This document shows positions 22,701 to 40,100 of a stretch of 64,000 nucleotides of DNA, one piece after another. Source of the DNA: Phallusia mammillata. Lineage: Eukaryota. Where the stretch lies: positions 22,940,001-23,004,000 of the forward strand of contig OZ281496.1 in NCBI GenBank assembly GCA_965637545.1. The letters are read 5' to 3'. Both the position numbers and the translations under genes were made by a program. The notes beneath the pieces were generated by a model that worked only from the letters and a program-made list of their open reading frames with translations, was not told the DNA's origin and did no database searches. The number at the start of each line of letters is the position of its first letter. Within the stretch, counting starts at the first letter, position 1.

Positions 22701-25700
22701 TGTTATAGACACGCACTCCTCCTTGTACTGGTCCTTTATCAACGATAAACAAAAAATGACAATAATACGTAATTGTCCGCAATTGAACAAATGTGAGTTT
22801 TTGTCACTGCGCCCTTACAACTACTCACACTGGCAGTTGTGTTTTGCCAGTTCTATCCTCCATGAGCCACTAGAAAGGTCGAAAGCAGAAATGAACAGAA
22901 GTTTGGCAGAAATGTTTTTAAGAAATGATAAAAAAGCAAATTGTTGCAAAAGTAAATAGGTTAACTTCGGAGATAGCTGTTATATTTCACTTTAAAAATC
23001 ATTGAAAAGGCAATTTGTTTGGGCAAAAAACAATTTTAATATGTACGTTTTATTAGGGTTGAGTTTTAGTGTTGCCGTGTGGTTAGTAGAGCTGTAAAAA
23101 ATTGCAGTTGTAATCGATTTTGCCGACATAAAACTTCAGGTCACGATTTCTTATGTTGTGTTATATTTTCGCGGTTTTAAGCCAATTTAGGTTTCGGCAG
23201 GTTTCCATACCGCTGCATATTGCCAATCGCGCTGTGTGTTTATGTACCTAATGCGTTTGTACAGTAGCGCGTCGGCCAGGTGCTGGTGCAGACTTGCCCG
23301 GTCATGTTGCGTGGCAACGGCTGAACTTCAGACCGTTTAAAGGTTAAAGCAACTGCGAGCCTACAAGCGGAAATTGAAAGGGGCCTTGTGCTTCCTATAA
23401 CCTATTCTAAGGAAACTAAAGCAAAATATACATAAGGGAACCGTACCCCGCCCTGGCGAGAGTAACCGCTGCTGGACGGGCATGTGCGTTTCTCGCCATT
23501 CGGGGGTGTTTGTTTTCGTAAGGGGCATGCGCTGGCAGTATACTCGGACGCTGGTTGGTCGAGGAGCGCGTGGGGTCGTAGCGCGGTTGTCAGGCTTCAC
23601 TTAAAACGTAAACATGCGAAAGGGACAAACAAAATCTTGGCCCGAAGCGCAGAGCCGCAATATTGTTTTTGCGTCCGGTGGTTGAGCAAACAGAGCTCAG
23701 CATGATATTGATATAATGCCAGGGTGAATCTAATATATGGCGCACTGCACGGCTGATTGTTTATTGGCGGCGGCAAAAATCCATTTCACAAAACAGACCA
23801 TATTTTATAAAGTATCTTTAGTAACATAGACAGATTTTGTACAACACGATTTTAGATAACAGAAAAGGCTATGGAAATGCGCAAAACCCTTGGGCAATTA
23901 TTCTCCTTGCAAGAACACTCTTGTGCATTGTGTTTTACATTTACAGTTCAGTTATAGTTACGGTGATTTGTTTCACTAAATTTCACTACACTCGGTCCAC
24001 TACTGGTGATGTCACCAATCCAGTGATTTGGGCAACGCGTTTAAACGCAACGGAATCGTAATTCAAGCCAACAAGTTGGGTAACGGTCTTTAATCAGCAA
24101 CATGCTAATGGATCGAAGAGACACTTTCCCACACGGTAGGGAAGAGTCCAACACGACAGAAACCACAAAAAACCTAGGGAAAGCAACAGAACTAAAGGCC
24201 CCGGCGTCGCCCTTTCTATTACAAGCGGTGTCAGTTTTCTGGCAAACATGAAAAGGGATCGCCTTGTTCCTGCGCCTCTGCTACACATCTGCCAGAGCCA
24301 AAAAGGTGAGGTAGACGCATAGGCTCGTTGGAATCCGACACAATTAACCACGACACCGACAAAGCGACATAATAGGGGTGCCAGCACCTCGGTCTAGTCA
24401 TACGCACCAGTCACATAATGAAGGATCACAAAACAAGCGAAAGCCAATCCTGAAGCTTGAATACATTCGAGAAACCGGATGCGTTTGGGTTGCCTTGCGC
24501 TCTCATTTGTGGAACATCGTGATTTGGAAACGCGCGTAACGAAAAATTTTCACTTTATTTTGTTTGCGCAACCGGACACCGGCGTGTGATTGATATTGCA
24601 TGAAAACAAAGCGACACAACATTCGCGTTTGTTGCAACTAAACACGCCTGTGTCGCGAAATCAGATATGTTCGCTTGCCGGGAACGGAGTTTGCCAACAA
24701 AAAAGTTCGGACGTCCTCCGGGGCTGCTGTTGGCAATTTCCCGCCCGGAATCTGGAATGTTTTTGGATGCGACAAGAATGGTTTAAGGGTCGCTCTTTGG
24801 TTTACCCTTAAAGTCATCTCCTTTGGCTCATTGTTTTTTGTGTCGGTTGGAGTGTTGGCAAAAAATTTCCGACAAAGGTGTTTGCGTTTCACAAGTAACT
24901 TCTGCATTTACCCTACCGAGTCTTACAAATCGTCTATGAAACGGTAATGGACTTTCTGAGATCGTAAATTAAACCTCAAAAAATGCAAAACAATTTCAGG
25001 ACCGCATATCCAACCGATTTCTTACAAATATCACGTCTTGCGTTGCCAACATGCCGATCTGATCCGTTCTTAACATACAGCACACCTTGAATGAATTCGC
25101 TTCGAAAAACCACGCGGGGGCTTTATTTGCGACAAACCAGTGCAGAATAATGTGATTGCTCACGTGGCTTGATACCTTCGTAGGACGTGCGAGCTAGCTC
25201 TGTCCACCAGCCGTAATCCTTATCCTTGTACCAAACACCTGGTCACGTATGTGAATGTAGGTAAACCTGCGATCGCTATACCGTAGTGAGGATTGGCATT
25301 AAACAGTCGAAAGTAGAGTGGGAACGGTGACGGGCTCCCAAATGCGTTCAGGTAGCGGTTAAAGGCACCATGACTCCATTCAGTGCGCTCGAAATCGCGT
25401 GAGAACAATTAAAACATAACATCACGTCGTGGCTCTGTGTGAGGAAAAGTGTTCGGAGCGCGGTAATCACGTTGTCCCGGGTTTGGTCACGGTGTTTGAC
25501 TCGCCTGCGAAATAGGACCAAAAACCTGGCGAGTTGTCACCAAGCGACAAAACATTAGCAATAATCGATAAAAATTGATCAATATATTTACGGGGTCCCT
25601 CTTTAACTTGGTAACACAGGATGTAAACTAATTTGGAATTTAACATAACGTTTGAGACCACCCCTTTAGCGTCCGTGTTTTGCAAGAATAGAAAACAGCA

Positions 25701-28700
25701 ACAAATACTTTTTTCTAAAACGTCGTCATTTGGAATTTGTTTCATTGCTTTTACATTGACGATGTTGCATATTGAGACATGTTTTGTGTTTGGCAAAATG
25801 CGAAAATACAAACAACTGGCGCAAATAGCTGATAGTAATTAATTAAAGCGATAATAGCTGACCCAATATTTTTTGCATCCAAATCAAAACTGGCGTAATT
25901 TAAAAAAACAAAACAAACTTTCCATGTCAATGTTTCGATAAAATGTTGCTTCCGCATTGTCAAAATTTTTACCAACACAAGTTTCGAATTCAAAGACGTT
26001 CACCAATCACTTCTTGTGTTTCACAGACTTGACAATCGACAGCTTAGTGGACTATATTGCGACCCAAGCTGATTTTAATTGTCGACCGGCAATTGTCCAA
26101 CTTTGATTTTTGCTCATGCGCACCTGATTCTGGGCAAGTTATCATGAAATTCGAGATGCGGCGAAATCGGAGAATTTCCTCAATCGAACCTAACTACAAG
26201 GGGATAATCGCTGGAAAGCGGTAAGTCGGTTAAATGCTTGGATGTGGTTTAAAGTTAAAGTTTCTTTTATTGATAAGTTCATTTCCCGTCGACTAACTGG
26301 ACAACAAACTGGCAAGGTGATTAGGAATGCACTTTTTGATTAGAATTTAAATTTAAGCCACAATCGACTGAGAACAGATATGACTGTTCAGGTTTAAACA
26401 ATTGTTACGTTTATTGGTTTGATTAAGGGTAGTTGTAAAGTTTCGAACAAAGCCTTTAAAAGGCGTGTAGTAATTTGCTGCAACAAATGTTTGGAAAAAT
26501 TGTCCTCTTCCTAATGCACTCAACTTGATATTGCGATATCTTGTGCGAAATGTAAGCAAAAAAAATCTTCATTTAAACAACCAATTTGTATTACTTTACA
26601 CCCTGCACTACATATTGAGACACTTCTGTTCTAAAATAAATAATTGTAAATCAAATACCAACACGGAAAGGGCTTTCCAAAAGTGATATCATATCATGGG
26701 TTTTTTTGCTAAGACATGTCTGAATGCAAAAAGGGCAGATACAAATGCGGTTTCCTCAAACAAAGTGTGCCACAATCGTTGGTCATTCACTTGTTAGGCA
26801 GCGCGCAAAACTACAAAGTGATGAGTCGTATGTTGCTTATTCAACTGCACGCAAGCAAGATGTTAATCCCCAATGAAAGGCGTCCATTGCTTTTGTTGAT
26901 GCCGCGATGCTAACTAAGCACCCACTACAACGTCTTAGTTAATCCAAAACTACATAAACTTCCGCCAATGGGTGGTCTGTTTCACACAATCAGTTGAATT
27001 AAAATCTTATTCGAGGTACGGAGATAGTTAAAGTAAAATGATTCTGTTGGGTTTCTAAAATTAGGGTGTTGTATTGAGATTGTAAATTGGTGAGATATTT
27101 TAATGTTTGTTTTGATAAACAGCATTGAATTGGGAATTAATATGATCAAACTGAACTTTCAATGCCCCGCGTGGAGATTTACTTGCAATGTTGCAATTCC
27201 ATTAATGGACGTGGTTGTATTTAGTGTCGTGGAGGCTGGGTACTGCATAATTCACGCCTTGAGGTTAAACTCAATGTGGGGTGGGTTTTCATATGTTTAA
27301 TAACATATTGTAACAAATTCGTTGGTTTATAGTGCGCGAGCCAGCAACACTTTTAGTTGCTTGGAAAGCGCGTTCGAATAAGCAATTGTAAAAAAGTCAC
27401 TTTAGATTGATATGACGCGCGGTGGCTGTACGTCACATTTGTCGGGCAAAGGCAAGTTTCCCACGATTCCCAAAGATTCTAACTGAAGACAATGGACGTC
27501 AATAAGTCCCGGCGCGTCGCGGCGTGATTTGTCGAGCACGGGGAGATGCGTTGGCCGACGTTTGCCGGTGGCGGAAAAGTCAAGAAGCAAAACTAGGCCC
27601 TGCTTTGACCCTAATTTCGCTGGAAGCGCTCTCTGGAAAGCAACGGTTGTAAAAACGTCGAGCGAACAGCGGGATGCCGAGCGATCGTCCTGCGAAACTC
27701 TATCGAAGTTTTTAACTTTCAGACAAACGGTACCGAAAAACCAACACATTGTTTTAATGTGCCATGAAAGGAGTAACTTCCAAATGCTACCTTTCTATAA
27801 CATTATATTTATGTTTAGCTAAATTTATTTTGAAGAAAGAGCATTATGTTTTCCATCAATTGCGCTTTTTTAAAAAAAACTTTGAAGTTTGCGCGTTTTG
27901 GCCAGCAGGTTTTAATGTCTTTTTAAGCTTTGAAACAGAATTGCTTAGAAGTTCACACACAAAAATCCCCTTTGCAACAATTGCAATAATGACAACAACA
28001 GCAATTGGAAAACAGTCTCCAATCAAATGTATTGGTTATGTACAAGACAGTTTGGTTTTTAACCGAGCTACTTTTTAGGTCCGTGTTGATTTAAGTTAGT
28101 GTTCCTAGTTGTTATAAGCATTCACTGCAGGAAAACTACTGCGTCACAAACATGCGCTGCCTAAATGGCGTTTTTGGTACTCCTCTCCACCCATCCCAAA
28201 ATAAATTAAAAAATTCGAAGAGTGTTAGAAACTGTAGCGTAAAAGTAGCATAGAGTGTATTTAATAAAGTCCAGATCTAAAGTAAGCCCGAAAAGGTATC
28301 CGAAACCACTTGACGCACTTTCAAAACAGTTTCCAAATCATAAGATTATCCAAACAAAGCGTTTATTACAATTCACTATCCCCCTTCTGTTGAAGCGATC
28401 CAGTCAATGGACTTATAAGTCGGTGAATACACACTCGGCCACAATGCAAGAGGAACTTTTACGAATCAACTCGAGCGCCGGTCAAAATATGAACACAATG
28501 ACAGCATAGTCGTAGTATTGGGTGCGAACACAAGGCTGATGGTGCTTCGCTTTTACCAATTTCAATGCACGAGTGGGTTGGGTAAGCGTGGCGTTTATGT
28601 CGACGGCACAAGTACTACAATAGGCATTAAGTCGTTGTTATTGTGATTGTGCCACCCGTCGTATAGCACAATGGAGGCGGCGAAGTGTGCGCGGCGTTTT

Positions 28701-31700
28701 TATTGAGACATCCATGTTTCCAAAGAGGATATTCGTTTTGGTTTGCCGGCCATTTATCGCACATTTAAACAAACACTTAAGCGAGTGTGAACAAGTGATT
28801 GGCCCCGGGGACGAAGCGACTAATTGTAGCCGATTGCTGCCGTGCAAACAAACAGATTTGAGTTGAATGGATCATTGTGGTTTGAAAGAAAGTGAAAGTT
28901 TCTAAATATACAGACGACTGTAATTTATAAAATCGTGCATGAAATACTCAACTGTATTTGCAGTTAAATGGTTAACATCTTATGCCACTGTCCACAAATG
29001 GGAAAAGCAAAAACAAACAAATTCAGACAAAAACCTTTGCATTGATAATAAAAATATTTAAACACTTTGTTGTAAAAACACCTTCGGCAACAAGTTTCCG
29101 CCATTTTGAAATTTTACAACGTTTGATGTTTTTTATTTTCATGTATGTTAAGGTTTTCAAGTTTTGAGTTTGAATTTTTGCCATATAGTTTGGAGAGTTT
29201 TTCCGAAACGCTGCTGTAGCAACGAAAATCAAGCCACGTTGACTGGTTTTCTAATTAGTGTGTGACAGGTACGGGCTAAACTTATCTCCTCAAGACCAAG
29301 CCTTTTGTTTTGTCGCTTTGCCATATTTCAATAAATTTTGTGAAAGCCACGAGGTGCAATAAGCGTACCCGAGGCACCAACGTAAATCTCGGCGGCTTGG
29401 AGTTTGTTATTCTTGCGCGGAGGCGGTAGCAGAAATAGCTGGATCCATCCAAACATCGCGTGCGGCTCAGTTCTTTCGAGGCGGTCTTGCCCAGGGACTG
29501 GATTGGACTTGCCTGCCGGCGCCGTGGTATTGCTGGTTTCATTCGTTTTTATTGTCTGACAGCCAACCGTTCGTAGCCTCAGCCAGCGTGCTTAATAATT
29601 TTTCCACATAGGCTACGCTGTTCACAATAAAATATATACGGATTCCCTGCGTTTGGCACGTTGTTTCATGTTTCCCCACACCTTTAATTCCATGAACGCC
29701 AGGAGGTTTAAGGGCTGGGTCGATACAGTGGTCGTAATCCATGTTTTTCTTGATTCTGTCCGTCGAAAACTTTTTCTATTGTCCTTTGTATTATGCAAAG
29801 ATCGTTTGGAGCTTTACACATTAAGTTTCAAAATTATTGTTGTGGAGTAATACTGAAAACTGTAACATACAGTCATCCGTTTTCATTTATGCATGTCCAA
29901 ATTTAAACAAGAAAATAAATAACTGTGCACCAGTGATTCGAAAAATTTATCGTAACTTTGGATTTGCCTTTGCCGTTGTCTTGATCTCCAATCACAGAAA
30001 AACAATTCGTCAACAACGTTAAATAAACTCGCGCTAGTTCAGAGACAGCTTACCACCACTTATCCCTACAAATTAGTGTCACGGTTTGGACAATGGAGTG
30101 TTGCGATCCCGCATGGTTTGTATGCTTTTTGGCTTTTAACCCATCACTGGACAAAACCTGCTCAGAGGCGGGGCGGGGGACAGGGAAGAGCAAATTTGAC
30201 GAGGTACCTGTCGCAATCAGAAGCGCTCCAACTTCTGATAGCACGATGCACGTGCTGATAGAGAAGACAATAGACTGTCTGGTGCATCTGCGTTCTAAAC
30301 AGGCCAAAGTCTATCGCGTGTCGCTCGATCTCGCGCCGATGCTCACGCCGGGGAGAAAGTTCAAGTTTAATCAAATTGCAACAACAACAATGCTTGATAG
30401 GTGTTTGACAATAGCACTGTTTGCGATAACTTAACAGGCTATGTCAACTCATGCACAATCCCACAGAGTTGCCATTAAGATCCCTCAATTCTACAAACTG
30501 TCTATCCCCAATAGAAACTCATGCCATTTCAAGAAGTCAATTTACGTTAACGGTCGCGTGTGGCGGCAAAGAGTCGCCATTTCAAGTTGTCATTCCACTA
30601 TGTCTTAACGAAACAAAGCCGACCGAGAAGGAACAACAATCCCAGCAATGTTGGGAGAAAAGCATGGCAAGGAGGCGCCAACTTCATATCTTAATCATGG
30701 GAAATGTAAATCACTAAGCCAACCACACTTCTTGCGTTGCCATTAGGGTGATGTTTCGTTGGTAGCAACCATAAACTACCAAACATACCTAAACTACCTT
30801 GTAAAGTGCCTAAAAGCCCAACAACAATGCCCAACAACATATTTCAATGTTTCTGAACGAAGCTAGAATCAAAACAGCCGTAATTTTTCTATTGCAAGTA
30901 TCAAACGGAGTTGCGCTCTTTCAGGTGTAAATTTAAGTATGTTTGGTGTATTGTATACAGTATGCTAAAACCTACGAAAATCGGTAAAAGAAAATTTGCC
31001 CAAAATCGTTTTTCTTGCCTGAAACAATCTGACTTGAAGTTGAAAAAAACTTGAGATCTAGTGGAACTCTTGCATGGCAAGGAAATCACCTCGTGGCGAA
31101 GGCCCGAATTTTCGTCACGGTTTGGCCGCGCGTTGCGACTCCTTTGACGCGTTGTTGTACATTTGCGTTGGTGGGTGGCGTTTCCTTTACCCCGTGGGGC
31201 TGATGGAAATGAATCATGCCCCTTGGGGTACCTGCACGCAACACCCACGAAACATAGTGGGGTCGGTAATTACAGCACGTCTTGGGTGACACGCCGCCAC
31301 AGATGTCATAACATTGAAGTGTGCCGGTGGTGACAGGAGAATGTTAGAGTTGCAATTCAATGCCTTAAACGTCACATTTTGAGGGTGACTCATCCCATTT
31401 GGACGTCTAGTGAGTACCCACTGTGGGAAAGTGTAAACTTACCCATCCATGAATGCAGGTAGCCTGCCGGCGTTATGTATTCTTACCGTATATGAAACAC
31501 AAATGACACGCGTTTTGTGTTAAAATGTCCCAAAGGCAAAAAATGCCCCCGTAAACATAAACATACAATCATTGACTGCAAAAAGTCGTAGTGAAAATGC
31601 ATTCACATCGTCGCCTTGAATTTTACCTGATGGTAATTTGTTACACTGTTGGCTAGGCAAACATTAGGACTTTTTTGTAAGCTTTAGCAAAAAATACTAA

Positions 31701-32829
31701 CGTCAGTGACACGTCGTAACCGTTTTGACCCGTGATAAAAACAAAAACAAATCGAGCGAGACTTGACCTTAAAAATCAGTTGTGACTGACAAGAAGAGGA
31801 AAACTACCTTAAGCAAGGTATTTCTCACAAGCTAATGCAGTAAAACGATTTTAAGAGCCTGGGTATTTCTCTTCTGCCCTTGGGAGGGTTGGGACTGGCC
31901 AATATTCCAATTTGTGCGTAATTCAATGTATTGAGTAGCCATGAATAGAGCGGTGTCCTTTGTTTGTTGCCATCCCTCGAAACATCACAAAAGGCGCGAA
32001 TCGTTCTTGGCCTGTCTTCTATAAATGAACGTTCGTGACAACTAAATTAGATCCCTGAACATATAAAAATACTCCTTGTGGAATTTTTATAGGACACTTT
32101 TGGATATTACGGCTATATTGGGACTTCGAAGATGGGTTAGGAGCGGACTTTTTGTTTAGGATTCAAACGTGATAAAATTGCATGTGAATTTAGGTTATAA
32201 AGAAAGAAACTAATGCATTAACAGAAATAAATGCAAAGTAAAGGACACTTGTATAGTTTTCGGTGACGACATGCGCCTCACCGCTTTATCGGAAGGTTAA
32301 CTTGCTATCAAAATTTTGCTATCACATTGATATAAGTTTGGAATGTCACGGCCGAATATACCGGTTTTAGAGTGTCGCCCATCGCTGCGGCGGAATCGTG
32401 GGCCGGCACGGGCGCTCGAGGGAAAGGAAAAAAGGGGCGGGGGATTGAGCTCCGTAAGAGAAAGGCGCCCAGGCCGACTGTACTAAAGGTAGTACTTCGA
32501 CCAAGCCAGTCATTCAGTATCTATTGTTGAATGGCAGCCATTGAGTGTTGTGTAGAGATCAACCTGGGACTGGCATTGTGTCGCCGCTTTGTTAGGCCCA
32601 ATGAAAAGTTATGGTCGTTCACGAGCCTTAGCACACTATACAGCTTCGGAGGCGAACAATTAGTCGTCAGCCGCAAAAGAGATACTCGAGTGTCAACTAG
32701 TCAAACAATTGCGCTTAGTGCTTAGAGAATAAATTTTTCGCATCAACGAAAGGATGATATTAAAATAAATTTTAACGTAGTTAGATTGTGAGAATTACAA
32801 AATAGTTATTGAACTGAATACTAAACCAG

Positions 32830-32846
32830 TTTTATTTTGATTTTAG
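32830..32846 (+). promoter_or_regulatory. Strong splice acceptor 140 nt upstream of the SoxB1 ATG (5'-UTR intron or spliced-leader trans-splice acceptor)
   Basis: TTTTATTTTGATTTTAG|ATC with AG at 32845-32846. No upstream coding exon is required for the protein. Confidence 0.4.
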
Positions 32847-32985
32847 ATCTTGGAAATCCTGCAGAAATTACCAGATTTTTAAGATCGTAATTCCTGTTTT
32901 ACAATCGTCAAATCACTCAGTAAAATACCATCGCTTATCGTTTCTCGACTTTTGGTCAAGTAATCATCGATAGCAAAGCAACAAA

Positions 32986-35392
<2,407 letters not shown>

Positions 35393-36935
35393 GTAGGCGA
35401 AGGAAGTGCTAAGAACTGTATATGCATAGCACCAAGGTGAACAGCAAAGGGGCAAGTACAGCTGTAGTAGACTTGGGCCAGGGCTGGCGGGTTTTCGGTT
35501 CTCAGCCCTGGGCAAAACGCCAACCTATTGACCACGCAGCAAAAACGCAAAACCTAGCAAAAAATCCTATCCCTGGTACCAACAACTGTGAGTTAAATCG
35601 AATGTAAATACACGAGATAATATTAAACTTTATTGCTCCCAGGCTCAGCAGTGCTGGCCTAGCGCGCTCTACATAAATGATATGTCAACTTGTACATAGC
35701 ATGCTGTTTAAATGATTAATTAAAGCATGATTTGCAACATCAGTCTTTAATGTTGGACTGATTGCGACCCCTTTGTGCCTTTTTGAGTAGCTGTAGTGTA
35801 TTGATTTACTAAAATGCGGCAGAAATTAAGACTCATTGCAAACGTGATATGATGTTTTTTTACACAAACGCTTGTTTCACTCGACGATTTCGTATTTATT
35901 GCTTTTTACCATTTACGTTTTGTCATGTTGCATTAAACGGAAAGCGATTTTTTCCACATAAGCTGTCTGCCACTGTCCAAGGCACCACTATATTGCAAAA
36001 GAGCAGATTAAAGATGATTTCTGCAGGATTTTGTCTTGTAAACACATACACATATTGTTCTCGAAGTTAAATGTATGATGTTACCAACTCAATTTTCGTT
36101 TCTGTTGGTTTCGAATAGTATCACGGCTATTATAATTTTTGTCGCTTTTTTACTTTACATCAACAGCACAAGTCTTCACTATTAATATTGCATTTGTCGA
36201 ACGCCCATTCAATCTTAACACACACGCCAAATCTTCAATTACCAAATCAGGCAAAATTGTTGTAACTGCAATGATGCAATTGCAAACGCGTACCTTCACA
36301 ACACACACTGGCTTCAACTAATCGTTTATTTATTCAAAACTCACTGTACCGCAACAAGCGAGACGTTTTGCGTCCCCTTTTGATTAAAACGTACTCATAT
36401 GTATTTGCATTGCTTTCGCCTATCACCATTTTGTTCAAGCAAAAACAATTTTGGAGCACATTTTTAAAGCAACCATCCTTCACACATTTGCAAGCAGAAA
36501 AAATGCATTTTATTCGGGCCTAACTAATTTCACATGACCACAAATTGTTTTTTAGCACTGTTTAATATGACTTGTTTTTTTTGCTGCGTTTTGTTTCTCG
36601 TAATCTAATCCGCTGGTTTTTTGTTGAGCTACGAAGCATGTTCTAATAGTTTTGGATATTGCATCGGATTGTTTTTTGCTCCCCTGATGTCGTTCTTTAC
36701 TTGTTGTGTCGCTGTTGAACAGCTTAGTGACTCTTGTAGTGATGGAATAAACAAACCAGAAAACAAACACAACACTTCTGATTTGATATAATTTTTAACA
36801 AAACAGTGAAAGAAGGAAAAAAGAAAGAAGGAAAAGCATTTTGTAAGACTCATGAACGGTCAGATTAAAATGATACAAGAGGAAAAACTAGCCTGCACCA
36901 AGCAAAACGTTTTCAGAATTTCAAAAACTCCTAAA

Positions 36936-37130
36936 TTAAGCGAAGAGCATATACTACCTAGCCAACGGAAAAAATACCCTTAAATTATACACTCAATTTA
37001 AAAATAATCCCCTCCCAAAAACGTACTTATCGTTAAGCGAAGAGCAAGTATTATTAGCCAACGGAAAAACTACCCTAAAAATTATACACTAAATTTAAAA
37101 ATATTTCCCTCCCCAAAACGCTCTTATTGT
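36936..37130. repeat. Two-copy tandem duplication, 97-bp unit
   Basis: Units start TTAAGCGAAGAGCA at 36936 and 37033. Both continue with TAGCCAACGGAAAAA..TACCCT.AA.TTATACACT.AATTTAAAAATA. Confidence 0.9.
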
Positions 37131-40100
37131 AAATCCTGAAGCAGTATTCGCGAGGAGCAATGTTTTATGCAAAGGCTTGCTGGCATCGAGGCAAACAACC
37201 ACTTTTTGCGTTGCCTTGGAACCCGACAGCGCACAGTCGGCGCTTGGCAAACATTGAACTGACGTAGACGCTTTGGGTGCCGAGTTTGTTTAGCTAGTAA
37301 GGGCGTAACCTACAGCAATCCAACTTAACCATGACGGCTATAAATGGGAATGAAGCCCAATCCACAATATATGGTACATTCGAGTTGGGTTGGAAACATT
37401 AACTTGCAATTTTTGGTAGAACAGTGGGGCGCCCTATTTGGGTATTGAGTGACAATTTTTCAATGTTCGGCAGACGTTGCAAAAATTGATTTATCTACCA
37501 AAGAAAAGGTCCCTAACGGAATGAATAGAAAGTGCCTTGTTAGCAAAAAGCATGCAAGTCATGTAATCTTAGTGTAATCCGCATCTAACAAAAGGGGCAG
37601 CCAGAGTGGGCCAAGGTATGGAGGCAATTTTATCCAGTCAATCGATTTTCTTGACAAAGACTGTCGCTGCGATCCCTTTTGTTTGAGTTTTTCTCCCGTG
37701 CTGGATCACAATGGCTTGCCGCAGGTTCAATTTATTTTGTGAAACAAAAACCTAATCCCGGATCCCGCGGGCTTGAGCAGAAATTTGCACTAAGATATGG
37801 ACAGAAAAAATGCATACATGGACACCCATGCGCCTTTGGAGGGCTGTAATTACTCCACAGGCTTTAGGCAATAAACAGCGATTTTCCTAAACATCATACA
37901 GGTCTAGGAGCCCGGGGTTTCGATAAGTGGCCTTCATTTCGCGAGTACACGAGGACTGGAACGCTTAACGCCTCCACTTAACATGCGTTCTGAAGGGCTG
38001 TTGAGCACTGGGCCTAGCGGGCGTTCGGGGCATTTTTCGGCATAGGGACATGCGCCCAAGAGTTGTCGCTAACGCTATAAATGGAGGACATCTGACGAAG
38101 GCCGTCGGTCGCTCCAGCGTTGGGGCTGGCTATTACCTCTCAAGCACCGTGTCTCACTGCTCCTTCTGCTGTCGGAAGGAGGGGCTGCTTCAGTGGACAA
38201 GTTCGCCTCTTCGCTTAAGTGCCCACTAAACGAATTAATACGCGGTAAATGCACGCACACACACAATCACCCACACGTTTGCTTATTTACAAAAGACTGA
38301 ATCTCCAAATCACCGTTAATTCCGTGATACTCAACACAACTTCCAGCAATAAAAAGTTGGAGATAGACATCTCTGTCGCCAAAACTGTTTACGAAGACCA
38401 GTAACTAAATAAAAAAACAAAACTAATTATGACTATATTTAAAATTAGTTTTGCACGTTTGCCTGCTCGTATCGCTAAAAAAACGAATTTTAGAAGTGCC
38501 TCGTGATAGATAATATGCCCCATTCGGTAAAAAAAATATAAACAAAACATTGAAAAAGTGAGATTTGGATACTTTGACAACAGTAGCATTCGGCATAAGG
38601 AATGGCACATATTTAGGTCCTGCAAAAGTCTGTTCTCCGTTATTTTATTTGTAAAGAAGAAGATGTATTGGTTTAGAACAATATTTAGAATTTGTTATGC
38701 CACATTTTCTACATCTTCTTTCCTCAGGTGTTATACTTTAATTGCCTGAATTAATTTCGCCCTTTTTAGCATCACGTACCAATAAATTAATGTCAAAACG
38801 TTTTATAATAGTATTTAAACCCGTTTGGAATGATAAACAAACTATCGAAGGGATTCCAATTTCCTTGGCAAAGCATTCGCTCTCGTAATCAACTCCCTAA
38901 AGGGTGATCAACTGGTGCTTTTGTTTCTCTCCCATGGTCGTTCGAACTTTCCGCTCATTGAATTTCCGGGACGTGAGAGCGGCAGAAGCTTGTGTGCCGA
39001 GGCATGACCGTCGCGACTGCCTTAATCAAGGATGGATGACTCCAATACGATGCCGATACCCTCCCTTAAGCCCATTCACACGGTGGCTCAAACCCAAAAT
39101 ACAGGTATCAATGCGTCATAGGTAATGTTTGCCCATCTAGAGGGGGTGATACCACGATGGCTATGCCTTGAAGTGCTACTTGCGTTCTCTCATGGAGTAG
39201 GAGTTTAAGCTGGGGTCCGAAGCGAAGCTAAGGGTTGGAAGCAGCGTTCGCGGTGTAAATTTTCCGTGAGTCAAGCAATAGGGCGCGGACAAGCCGGTGG
39301 GAACTAGGCTCTGGTTACGCAGAATAATCTCTGTCGAAGAAGCTAGCAGATCGCACCTGTTATCAGACGCACTAAAGATATATGTCGCCGGTCAGGAGAT
39401 TTCCTGTGGCAAAATAAGGGATAAATGCCAGCTATTGGTTTCAGTACAGTTTCTTTCGATTTTGTGTTTCGTTTAAGTAGATTCGTGGGTGGGAACGATT
39501 AGAAAACAACACAGCCTTTTTAGAACTGAAAAGAGAAAACCAACAAGTCGTATTTATCGATTTGAGACTGAAATAGAAAGTTCAATCTGTGTGGGCTTGA
39601 TCAAGGAATCCAAAACATAGCGGCAAGTTGAAACAAAACTGACCTGAACAAACTCAAAAGTCTCGATGTGCTTTAAGAGCAAACCCACTTTGAACAAAAC
39701 CCAAATAACTAACTCAACCGCAATCTACGCCCGATCGCGATAATGGACACGCAACCTAACCGGTTATTCGGCCACACAAGGCAGCACTTTCATTGGGAGA
39801 GGGAAAAGAGGAAACAGGCTTGCATTTGGGTGTGACACTACGAGTGTCGCTTGAACACGGAAGTCGCCATGTTGTGTTTCACCCCCTCTTAACTCTGGGC
39901 GTTAATGCAGTGCCAGACCTCGCAACCCCTCCGTCCGACGATATTGCGACCAGAGACCTCTTCTGCGCGCAACCGGCATGAAACCGCATAAAACCGATGA
40001 AGAGTGTGTGGGAAATGGGAAAAAGTTTCCAAACGCTAAACGCAAACCTTTAAAGTGGAAATTCAGTCACTGAGAAACACATTCATTCACCAAGAATTCT

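Noticed and set aside
20000-32900. Numerous 60-120 aa ORFs upstream of SoxB1 (and likewise 35400-52500)
   Set aside because: Random-looking composition, overlapping on both strands, no motifs or splice-consistent chains; interpreted as non-coding regulatory DNA.
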